The notes beneath the pieces are model-generated. The model made no database searches and was not told the origin of the DNA. It worked only from the letters and a program-made list of their open reading frames with translations. The translations under genes were made by a program, and so were the position numbers. From contig CM000154.2 in NCBI GenBank assembly GCA_000004695.1, positions 1 through 64,000 of the forward strand: a stretch of 64,000 nucleotides of DNA. The letters are read 5' to 3'. Shown here piece after piece: positions 32,102 to 42,647 of this stretch. Position 1 is the first letter of the stretch. The number at the start of each line of letters is the position of its first letter. This DNA is from Dictyostelium discoideum (lineage: Eukaryota).

Positions 32102-32728
32102 TTAATCTTTACCAACTAAAATTTTATAATAATTTTCTAATATTTCAGGTTCTTTATCAGGAGTGCATGGTATAGTTGGATATTGAGAACCTTTAAAAGT
32201 AAAAGTTGAATTAAAGATTTCATCCAATTGAGATTCTAACCATTGATTTTGACCTCTTAAATTGTTAATGACAGCTTTTGCCCAAACGAAATAACCTTGA
32301 ATTACATCAACAGACCAAGATGGTGGTGCATTAGTTTGAATATCTCTAAGATTGAATAATTTATCAGCCATTTTAACTAATTTCGATTCATTTTGAATAT
32401 GTAATGCATGTTCAATTTGATGTTTCTTTCTTTCTTGTTTTGATAAAGATTTATCATCTGTTACATCCATAACATATGATGCAACTCTTTCACCAAATTC
32501 TTTAATAATTTCTTCTTTTGTAGTTTGTGTATCTTCTATTGTATCATGTAATATTGCAGCTTGTAAAATATCACTGTCATAAACACCTGCTTTGATTAAA
32601 TTATAGGCAACACCAATTGGATGATTAATATATGGTGTACTATGTGAATCTTTTCTTCTTTGATCTCTATGTTTTTTACATGAAAAATCAATTGATTTCA
32701 TTAATTGAATTAAATGTTCATTATCCAT
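32102..32728 (-). CDS. HD-domain (p)ppGpp hydrolase homolog, MESH1/HDDC3 family.
   Basis: 208 aa. KKHRDQRRKD...PYINHPIGVA...AAILHDTIEDT...FGERVASYVMDVTDDKSLSKQERKKHQ matches the MESH1 HD domain. Confidence 0.8.
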   Translation of the reverse strand: MDNEHLIQLMKSIDFSCKKHRDQRRKDSHSTPYINHPIGVAYNLIKAGVYDSDILQAAILHDTIEDTQTTKEEIIKEFGERVASYVMDVTDDKSLSKQERKKHQIEHALHIQNESKLVKMADKLFNLRDIQTNAPPSWSVDVIQGYFVWAKAVINNLRGQNQWLESQLDEIFNSTFTFKGSQYPTIPCTPDKEPEILENYYKILVGKD

Positions 32729-33456
32729 TTTTTTTTTTTATTTTGATTGGGTGGTTTCTTTTTATGATTACAATTAAAATTAAAAAAAAAAAAAAAAAAA
32801 TTTTTTAATTTATTTTTTTAATTTTTTTAATTTTTTTTATGTGAAATTTCCCAACACCAAAATCTTGCTATGGCCACGTCTATTTTTTAAGGGATTTTTT
32901 ATTTTCTAAGGTATTTTTTTTTTTTAAAACACAAAATGATATTATTAAAATTATTTGATTTTATTGAGATATTATATTAGTTTTACCTTAGTGCACAGTT
33001 TGTATTTCAAATACCAAATTGTAGGTATGAGTTGAAGTGGACATGATTTCATGAAAAAAAAAAAAAAATGACAGTTATAACAATTAAAAGATAGATTACG
33101 ATCAGGGATATACCTTAGGAAACATAGCAGCTCGACTTTGAATGGCTCAATGCAATGTGAATTTGTCAGTCCTAAGAATGGAGAATATATGGTTATATAT
33201 GGAGATTATGATGTAATTGATGAAAAATAAACCTTTTAAATATTAAAAAAATAATTATTTAAATATCTAAAAACTAAGAAATAATAATCTTATTGTAGTA
33301 AATTCCAAAAATAAATTAAAAAATTAAACCCACTTTTTTTTTTTTTTTTAATTTTTTTTTTTTTAATTTTTTTTTATTCCCGCAGGATATTGTCTATGCA
33401 GGTATCTTAAACACATTTTCAAAAAAAAGAAAATAAAAAATAATCTTATCATACAT

Positions 33457-33769
33457 ATGGATGAATTTCAATCAAAGGCATTTGAAGTTGGAGAAGAGAT
33501 AGAACCAGATGATAATGAACCATTAACAGGTGAAGAATATTTACAAAGGGTTAAATGGCATTCAAATCGTTGTCCTTCAGTTGTTGTTGCAGATATAGAT
33601 TACAGTAAAATTAAAGTTACAATTCCTTCAAATAGTTATTTTACATTACCACCTTCAATTACAAAATGTAAAAAAGAATTATTACCAACACCAACATGGG
33701 AAAAAGAATTTTTAAATGATTTTTCAGAATTTAGACAAAAATTACAGTATATAAAATCAAATAGACCTA

Positions 33770-33834
<65 letters not shown>

Positions 33835-34452
33835 TTAATACCTCAACTACCACATATAAATGATAAAAGATATTGGTATATATTTTGTTTTGGTAGTAAT
33901 GGTAATAATAATAATAATAATAATGATATAAAAATGAAAGATTTTAATGATAATCAAGAAGATGATGATGATGATGAAAACAATGAAGATTATGAATATA
34001 ATGAAAATAAAGAAGAGGAAGAAGAAGAAGAAGAGGAAGAAGAAGAAGAAGAGGAAGTAGAAGAGGAGGAAGAGGAGGAAGAAGAAGAAGAAGAAGTGGT
34101 AGATTATTCAACTAAAAAACCAACATTAGGTAATAAACCAACAATGGATATATTATGTAGATTGGATCATGTTTTAACGGTTGCATTAGTAAATTATCAT
34201 ATTGAATGGTTAGAGAAAAGAGAATTTACTCAAGAGAGATCATATTGGTTATATATGCTTTTATCATTATTAGAGAAACCTATTGATCCAGATACATGTT
34301 CAAATTTACGTTCATGTATAAGAAGGTTATCAGTATTTAGATCTAAAATAACAAATTTAAATGATCCAAATCTACCATCAATTAATATCCTTTTCACAAT
34401 TATAGCTAAATATTTTGATCAATTAGAACCATCTGATATTTTATATTTATAA
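33457..34452 (+). CDS. Gemin2/SIP1-like (SMN-complex) protein with poly-Asn and poly-Glu inserts.
   Basis: GEEYLQRVKWHSNRCPSVVVADID resembles the Gemin2 signature (human ...EEYLRRVRYEAAQCPDVVVAQ). The C-terminal helical region is conserved. (AAT)n at 33775-33835 and (GAA/GAG)n at 34010-34100. Confidence 0.55.
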
Positions 34453-34539
34453 AAATAAATAAATAAATAGATAAATAAATAAAAAAAAAAAAAAAACAAA
34501 TTTAATTTATTACAAAACACTATTATTTTATTATTTTAT

Positions 34540-35400
34540 TTAAATCTTTGAATTTGAAATATCATTATTATTATTATCAACAAAGATTTGATTTAAAGGT
34601 TTATCTTGAATACAAAATTGATTAATTATTGATTCAACATCTTCTTTAATTTCATCTAAATCAATATTATTATTATTATTTTGAGAAGTGGTGGTGGTGG
34701 CAGTGTTATTATGTTGTAATAAAGTTGTTGAGATTGAATCAATTAATTTTGATTTCTTTTCTTTTTGAGAATCTCTATTATTTACAATAACTCTTAAAGC
34801 TTCCCAATTTTCATCAAAAATTTTTGTAAAGTTTTTAGATCTTTCATAAATTTGTGAAAAATAACTTATTGCAATAATAATTACACAAACTGTAATCGTG
34901 TAATGGAATATATTTGACTTAAATTTCTCTTTTTTTAATAATCTATGACTTTCAATTCTTCTGTTATTTAAATCTTCAATTAATTTATCATATTTTTTTT
35001 CATCTTCCCTTACTCTTTTTTCAAAACCAGCAAATAATTCACCTATCAAACCTTCTTGAAGTTTAAGAACTGGACTCTTTTCATATTTAAATCCTGTCTT
35101 TTCTTCATCCATTGCAATGAATTTTTTAAATGACTCTTTATCTGATTCAACTTTATCTAAAATTTCTTGTAATGCTTTTTTATCTTCTTCAGGAACTCCT
35201 CCAAAATTTTTATTTTCATAATTATTATCGATATTATTGATATTATTATTATTATTATCGTTATTTTTATTATTACTTGAGAAAAATAATTGGTTTGATT
35301 GTTTTCTTATATATGTTGGTTTATTTAAAAATGATGTTGATGAAATCATTGATTTGATTCCATTTTTATTAATTAATTTTAATGATTTATTGAAATTCAT
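34540..35400 (-). CDS. Hypothetical protein with one transmembrane segment (HYTITVCVIIIAISYF) and an N-terminal region rich in Asn/Lys; function unknown.
   Basis: 286-aa intact ORF. No recognised catalytic motifs. Confidence 0.45.
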   Translation of the reverse strand: MNFNKSLKLINKNGIKSMISSTSFLNKPTYIRKQSNQLFFSSNNKNNDNNNNNINNIDNNYENKNFGGVPEEDKKALQEILDKVESDKESFKKFIAMDEEKTGFKYEKSPVLKLQEGLIGELFAGFEKRVREDEKKYDKLIEDLNNRRIESHRLLKKEKFKSNIFHYTITVCVIIIAISYFSQIYERSKNFTKIFDENWEALRVIVNNRDSQKEKKSKLIDSISTTLLQHNNTATTTTSQNNNNNIDLDEIKEDVESIINQFCIQDKPLNQIFVDNNNNDISNSKI

Positions 35401-35599
35401 TTTGTGATAATTGTCGGTGAAAAAAAATAAAAAATAAAAAAATAAAAAAAAATGAAAATGTAAATGACATGAAAAAATTATGAAAAAAAAAAAAAAAAAT
35501 AATAAAAAAAAAAAAAAAAAAATCTAAATGTACAATAAATTTGATTTAAAAATAAAATTTAAAAACTATAGTTTTTATTATATTAAAAATTTAAAATTA

Positions 35600-36529
35600 T
35601 TATGATTTATTTAAAGCTTTTAATTTATTACTAAAATCTTTTGATGATTTTTTCTTTTTTATTAAATATCCAACAGTAATAATTAATGCAACACCTAAAA
35701 CGCTAGCAACAACAGCAACTGGTATAACATAGGATTTTCTACTTGCTTCATTATCATCATCATCACATGAGGATTTAAAATCTGATGATAAAAGAACCGA
35801 AAAATCTAAATAAATTTAATAAATAATTAATAATGAGTAAATTAGTTTTTTTTTTTTTTTTTTCAGAATAATTTATAATTAATTAATGAAAAATATCACT
35901 TACCAGGATCAATTAAACATTTATTACAATATGGTAAATTTAAACCTAATGTAATTGATTCATTTTCATATGATACAATTGAAGTTCACATTAATGTTGA
36001 TCTATCATCACTCTTCATTATTGATAAGAATCTTCCATTTTGCCATTCTTTTTAATTGAAATAAAATTTAAAAAATTATCATTAACTGAATCTTTAATTT
36101 GTGTAACTTTTTCATTACAATTATTATTATTGCTATTATCTTTATCAACGATATCTGAAGTTGCAACTTGAGATTTCATTTGAATTTGTAAATTATTTAA
36201 AGTTGATAAATATGGATAATTATTAATAGATATTGATATTTTTAATGAACCTGAATCAATTGAATAGTTAAAAACTGCAAATGAATATTCTTTTGTACTA
36301 TTAACTTGTTCGATAGCATAAACAATTATACATTCAGTTTCATTCAATGTTTGATTAAAAATATTTGAATTATTTTCATACATTTCCACTGCTAACCAAT
36401 TTGTACTTTTAATGTCCCATTCTTTAATTGTATCACCATTAATATTTTGTTCAATAATTTTAGTAATCATAATTTCAAATATTGTTTCAGAGTTTTTAAT
36501 TGTTGAAATTGCATTATTTCCAATTTCAA

Positions 36530-36573
<44 letters not shown>

Positions 36574-38855
36574 CTATTATTATCATCATCATGATTTAAA
36601 ATAATTTTTGAAGAACAATCTAAACCTGTAAAACCTTGATTACATGAACATGACCATGTATTACATTTACCATTTCCAGAACAATTTTGATAGCATGAAA
36701 TTGTTTGAATTTCCTCTTGATATTTAAATAAATTTTTACCAATCCATTCAATTCAATTTTGATTTATATAACCATTTTGAAAACCATTATTTGGTTTATT
36801 TGATAATGTACAATTAATGATTTTATCTGTTGTTGTAATATTTATACATGCTGTCATCGTTGTTGAATTAACAACACCAATTTTAATAAATAGATCATTA
36901 TGAATTTTTCCAAACCAACCATAAAAACTAATTGAATTACCAATTTGTGAAACACTCGAAGAATAATGATTTGCTATTAAACAATTTTCACCAAGCCATC
37001 CTGAACTACATTTACATTCTCCAATTGATAAATCACAATATTCATTTGAAGTACAAGCTTTTGTACAATTAATTTCAAGACAAGAAGCACCACTATGTTT
37101 ACTATCACAAATACATCTTTCATTTCATGAAGCAAGTACCATTAAAATTACAATATGATAATGATACAACTGGTGATAAACTTGATTTCACCACAACCAA
37201 TCCGCAATTAATTTCATAAAATGTTGATGATAAAACATTACATTATATCCACCAATATCAATTGATATAGTTGATACATTATAACTGAAATATGCACCAC
37301 CAATTATTACTAAATCATTTACAATTGAAATATTTTTAATTTGTGGTGGTAATGGGTTTGAACTAACTCTATAAACTCTTGAAGAAATTCTAAATGTTAA
37401 ATCTATATAATAACCAAGTGGTGGTGAAGTTGAACTTGCATAATAAGAAATTGATGGAATATCCATTCTAAAATATAATCCACTTGAAGATGAACTAACA
37501 TAATCATCAGAGAATCCTAAATCCTTTACAAATAAATATGTCATACCTTTTGTTGAATCATTTCTTAAATTTGGTACAATTGTTGCTAAAAAAAAAACAA
37601 AAATTATAATTAATATGTTATTTAAATATATTATTAGTAATACCATTATTATTAATATAAATAATACTTACTACATGGTGGTTGATCAGAATAAAAATCT
37701 AAATTATTAAATTTATTACCAGAGAAACCATGAGTAAAACTCATAGCATCTAATTCATCAAAACTTGAATCTGGGTTCATTAATAAATTTATAAAATAAC
37801 AAGTAAAACAAGTTGGTAATTCTCCAGGTATACTATTATTTCTTAATGATAACTCTTCAACATTTTTAAAAGACATTAAATTTGGTAAACCTGAATATAG
37901 ATTTGAATCTTGAAATGAAAATGTTTTCAATGTTGATGCTATTGAATTTAAATCAAATGGAATTTCACCATTGAATTGAAATGATGATCCAACCCTAGAA
38001 ATATCAAAATCTTCTAAAATCTTTAAATTTTCAAGACTAATTAATGATGATGGTGTTGAAAATTTCATTAAAAATGTAATATCTCTATTAACATTATCTT
38101 TTAATTGAACTAAACTTGATGGAAATTCTATCAATGGTAAATATTTTTTTAAATCTTCTATATAAATTGTATCAACTTTATTATATGTTGAAAAGTTTGA
38201 ATAAGATGAAATATCAAAATTTGAACTTGCATATGAAACTCTTTTATTTTATTTAATTTTTTTTTTTTTAAAATTTAAATAAAGTTAATCATCTTTTATA
38301 TATTTTTTTCATATGAAAAAAAAAAAAAAAAAAACTTACAATCTTGATATATTAATATTTTTTAATGATGGTAAATTTGTTGATTCAAATATCCATGAAA
38401 CATCTTTTTTAATTTTGAGTGGTGTAGTTAAATCATTTATATATTTCAATTGTAATGTATATCCTGGTGTATTATCATTTTGATAACTTGAAAAAATTAA
38501 TTTAATTTAAATATATAAAATGAATTTATATTAATATATGTTTTAATATAATTAGTTAAAAAAATAAATAAATAAAATAAATAACTTACTATCTATCAAG
38601 AGATTTTAAATAAGAAAAATAAATGGTACTTGTAAATGTTTCATTTGGGTAAAATGATAAACTTTTTAATGTGGGACTTATTTATTCTACCACCTTTACA
38701 ACGATAAACATAAAGAGTATCCACTGAGCTTGGGAGATGTTGAGATGTAAAAAAGTCATTAGAAATATAAAAGTCATATAAACTTAAACTATTTAATCCA
38801 ACCATGCAGCTGAAATCACTTTGTGAGAATACATAATTATTATAAGAGGTAAATT

Positions 38856-38902
<47 letters not shown>

Positions 38903-39156
38903 CCAAAAAGATATATGTGTTAAAAATAATTTGTAAAATAAAATAGAAAATGAAATTTTAATTTACATACATTGAAGTCATATAACCAGATGAATTACAA
39001 CTAAAAGGAGAACTACAAAATGCATATTTGCTTGTTGTTTGATTTAATGTAATTTTACTAATTTGGTTCGATTTTGTGGTTATATCTAAAAGGCAATCAT
39101 CTATTTTGTGTAAAAATCTTAATTAATAATAATGAAATTATATATGTTTTGTTCAT
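35600..39156 (-). CDS. Multi-exon gene (at least 6 exons) for a type-I membrane protein with LRR-like and EGF-like domains, a single C-terminal TM helix and a short cytoplasmic tail. It carries one in-frame TGA (36755..36753) and possibly a frameshift.
   Basis: Last exon: ...IPVAVVASVLGVALIITVGYLIKKKKSSKDFSNKLKALNKS*, with stop at 35602-35600. Donor GTAAGT at about 35905. Long exon 36018-37130 has an EGF motif (CYQNCSGNGKCNTWSCSCNQGFTGLDC) and Cys-rich repeats. Introns: about 79 nt at 37576-37654 (ORFs 37188..37646 and 37652..38134 join in phase 1), about 38231-38335 and about 38470-38595. Candidate start is the ATG at 39156 (MNKTYIISLLL...). Confidence 0.45.
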
Positions 39157-40193
39157 TATCTCTTTAAACAAAAAAAAAAATAAAATAAATAAAAAAATAA
39201 AAAAAAAATGAAGTTCAGGTGAAAATCTAAAACAAAAATATCTTTTTATTTTAATAAAAAAAATATTCGGAAATAAAAAACTTTTAAAATAAATAGAGAC
39301 ATTTTGACTTTTATTTTATTTTATTTGATTTTATTTTAATTTAATTTTTTTTTTTTTTTTTTTTTTTTTTTGAATTATTGTTATTTGAAACTCCCTTTGA
39401 TTCTGATTTGTCTATTTTTTTTTTCAAGAGTCTTTTAAATTTTTAATTCTTATAAAAAAATTGTAATTTAAATGTCAAATGGGCACAATCGGGACATTGA
39501 GTTTAATACCTGTTCAGACTCGAGAGGTATCGTTCATTTCACTCTGCACCATCATCAATTAAGAAAGATTGTAAAATAAACTCTAATGGTGGAAAAATTA
39601 TGAGAAGAAACAGCTTTAAAAAAACATCTGCGGTCTCAAAAACCCAACAAGTCAGTAGTGACTATAAATTTGCATTAAAAATTAAATCTTTTTCTTAAAT
39701 TTCTCTTTAAAATAATATTAAATTATTAAATAATTATGTAATGAATATAAAAAATTTTCTTTTAGAAAATTTTTTTAACTATTTTTTGAATTGGATAACA
39801 CAATTATTATTTGCTTCTCCTTGAGATGCTAAATCTCATTTTATTTGTAGTATTTTTTACAGGGTTTCTAAAAGAGGTGTTAGTTTATTTTTTTTTTTTT
39901 TTTTTTTTTTTTTTTCGAATTTTTAATTGTATTATTACTTTTGATTAAAACATCTTTTTTGTCCAAACTTTTTTTTAAATCTTTTTTTATTTTGGAGTCG
40001 GCTTCGTGATTGATGTTGATGACATATTTGAATTGTTTTTTTTTATTTGAGTTCTGTCTACAATTTCGCTTATTTTTTGTAGGTATTTGTATTGGTGGTG
40101 TTATTGGTTATTTTCATCTTATTTTCTTTCTATTTTTTTTATTTTACTTTAAAAAGTTACAAATCTTGAAATTTTTTGATTAACTTGGGTTCC

Positions 40194-40197
<4 letters not shown>

Positions 40198-40242
<45 letters not shown>

Positions 40243-40840
40243 TATTATTTATAGAGAGTACTATCACTACTAGTTTTAGCGAGATTAAGGAGTCTAGCGA
40301 CAGTATGACGGGTCTTGAACTACCCAACCCCTCATAGTATCGGTGAAACCTTAAGTCACTTTCTTGACTGACATTCGCTCTCATCTCTCGCGCCACTCAC
40401 TCGCCATTCGTTTTTATATATTTTTACTTTTATCGACTTACTATGTGTGAGCGCGAAGGCCCAGAGGCATAAGCCTCCTTCCCGTTACTTGAAGTGTCTC
40501 GCCAGTGTGCCACACGTTTACTGTTGCAGTGACTGAATAACCAACGGCTTCGCTTAAGCCTTATCGAGGTGTCCTGTTGACCGTTTGTGCCGTCGAATGG
40601 TTTTGCAAACTACCTCCCCAGATTCGATGATAGTATTGTAATCACTCATTTCGGAGTTTTTAGTTGCTATGCTTATTGGTCTGGTTATACATGTCCGAGG
40701 AGATTTTTTTGCTTTAAACCATCAATATAAGCAGTTTTTATTACTTCCTACTATTGACCTAGGTCTTATATGTTTTTATGAGCCAACAGGTTATCTTACC
40801 GTTGTACCCTTGGGACATAAGTCTATCTCTTGTCTGCTAT
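40198..40840 (-). mobile_element. Non-autonomous TRE5-like (tRNA-gene-targeted non-LTR retroelement) relic: GC-richer ORF-less segment with a 50-nt poly(A) tail on the minus strand and its 5' end about 48 bp upstream of tRNA-Lys.
   Basis: Composition about 45% GC against flanks under 20%. Poly-T at 40198-40247 on plus. The element ends at about 40838 and the tRNA starts at 40886, the characteristic TRE5 spacing. No ORF. The family rests on position and geometry only. Confidence 0.4.
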
Positions 40841-40885
40841 TATTTTTAATTTAAGCTTGTATTAAAATTAAATTTACCAAAAAAT

Positions 40886-40958
40886 GCCCAGATAGCTCAG
40901 TCGGTAGAGCGCAAGGCTTTTAACCTTGTGGTCGGGGGTTCGAGCCCCCCTTTGGGCG
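40886..40958 (+). tRNA. tRNA-Lys (anticodon UUU), 73 nt.
   Basis: GCCCAGA/TTTGGGC acceptor stem, D-arm GCTCAGTCGGTAGAGC, anticodon arm CAAGG-CTTTTAA-CCTTG, T-arm GGGGG-TTCGAGC-CCCCC, discriminator G. A- and B-boxes are internal. Confidence 0.95.
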
Positions 40959-40988
40959 AAATTTTCTAAATGTACCCATTAGATCATA

Positions 40989-40999
40989 GGTTCGAATCC
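40989..40999 (+). promoter_or_regulatory. External B-box (exB) GGTTCGAATCC, 31 bp downstream of the tRNA.
   Basis: Perfect B-box consensus without a tRNA body, a known feature of Dictyostelium tRNA gene flanks. Confidence 0.5.
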
Positions 41000-41099
41000 T
41001 AATTAAATGGAAATTCATTACCTAATATTTCTGAAAAACTTGCACCACTAATAAAATACTCTTATTGAAATGATAAAGAATTACCTATTTTTTAATTTT

Positions 41100-41336
41100 G
41101 TAATTGATTCTGTATTTGTTGAGTTTTATATGCGAGTTGTTACCATTTCGTGTATTTTTAAAATACTCTCTCAAAAGACCCAAACAACTTCAAAGATCCA
41201 AACGTTTTCCTCAATCAAATTATTAATTTAAGAAACTTAACATGCAAAGTCTATTGCATTCCGAAATCAGTACTCCCAAACCTAGTCTCTTTCGACCAAT
41301 TTATTTAAATAATTCTCAAAAAAAAAAAAAAAAAAT
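41100..41336 (+). mobile_element. Possible 5'-truncated TRE3-like retroelement 3' fragment ending in an A19 tail, 140-380 bp downstream of the tRNA.
   Basis: An approximately 230-bp ORF-less segment of normal complexity, terminated by poly(A) at 41318-41336 on plus. The position is typical for TRE3 insertions. Confidence 0.25.
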
Positions 41337-41564
41337 TTCTAAATAAAACTATTAATTATTGTTTATTCCCTTTAAAGGATAAACTTTAATTAATCAATAT
41401 AAAAAAAAAAAAAAAAAAAAATTTTAAAATCTAATAATATTTGATGGTAATATTGATTTTTATCTTCGTTTTTTACGAAATTTTTTATTAAACATATCTG
41501 TTTCAAATTTATATTATTAAATAAATAACATGTTGGTCATTCTTTATGTGTCAACTAGATACTT

Positions 41565-41687
41565 CACTTTTTTATTTTTTAACGTGGCAGTTATGAAATT
41601 TTTATTTAATTCAAAAATAAAAAATATCAAAAAAGATATTTTTTTTAAAAGTTTCAAATAACTGCCACGTTAAAAAATAAAAAAGTG
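41565..41687. repeat. Perfect inverted repeat with a 30-bp stem (cacttttttattttttaacgtggcagttat) and a 63-nt AT loop.
   Basis: Arms 41565-41594 and 41658-41687 are exact reverse complements. The loop is itself partly palindromic (gaaattttt...aaaagtttc). Confidence 0.85.
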
Positions 41688-41772
41688 ACATAAAACATGA
41701 TTGTAATTATAAATAATAAATTAATTAAAAAAAAAAAATTAGTATCAAAATAAAATAAAATAAATATATATA

Positions 41773-42591
41773 ATGGTACTAAAAACAATAGAATATGATT
41801 ATTTGTGTAAAAGTAAATACATTTTAATACTTAAATTGATTTTTTTATGTTATTATTATCACTATTAATAAAATATATTTAAAAATAAAGTTGTTGTTAT
41901 TGGAGATTCAGGAGTAGGAAAATCAAATCTATTATCAAGATATAATAAAAATGAATTTAGTGTCGGAAAATTATCAACAATAGGTGTTGAATTCTCAACC
42001 AAAACATTAAAAATTGATAATAAATTAATAAAACTTCAACTTTGGGATACTGCAGGTCAAGAAAAATATAATTCTATAACGGAATCATATTATAAAGGAG
42101 CTATTGGGGCTTTAATTGTTTATAATATTGCTGATAGAAATTCATTTAATAACCTTGAAAAATGGTTAAAAAAATTTAGAGAAAATGGTAAATAATTTTA
42201 TAAAATAAAATTATGAATTATTATCATAAATATTAATATTAATATTTAATCAAAATTATAAAAAGCACATCAAGATTATGGAATAATGTTGGTAGGTAAT
42301 AAAAGTGATTTAAAAGAATATCGTGAAGTTTCAACATTAGAAGGTAAACAATTTGCTGAAAAACATTATATGCAATTTATTGAAACATCTGCATTAGATT
42401 CAAATAATGTTGAAACTGCATTTAATAATTTATTTAATTTTATTTATTATAGTTTATTTAAAAATAAAACTATGACTTTGGATATTAATAATAATGGTAA
42501 TAATAACAGCAATATAATGGTTGGTGATTGTGAACCAATTCAATTTGATCAACGATATACAATTAATAAACCAGTATATGATTGTTGTTAA
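41773..42591 (+). CDS. Rab-family small GTPase (Rab11-like, divergent) with a C-terminal CC prenylation site: join(41773..41811, 41891..42187, 42266..42591).
   Basis: Exon 1 [13 protein letters not shown], then GTAAAT intron (79 nt, phase 1), giving ...[27 protein letters not shown], then G|GTAAAT intron (78 nt, phase 1), then [24 protein letters not shown], ...DCC*. ORF 42286..42591 is exon 3. Confidence 0.85.
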
Positions 42592-42647
42592 AAAAAAAAA
42601 AAATTTTAATAGAATGGTATTCTATTTTTATTTTATTTATTTGTATT

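Noticed and set aside
36753-36755. Selenocysteine recoding of the in-frame TGA.
   Set aside because: There is no reason to expect a selenoprotein in an EGF-repeat ectodomain and no SECIS-like structure is evident; mutation or error is more parsimonious.
40971-41005. A possible second tRNA gene suggested by the GGTTCGAATCC T-loop-like sequence.
   Set aside because: There is no acceptor stem, D-arm or anticodon arm around it. It is interpreted as the external B-box typical of Dictyostelium tRNA 3' flanks.
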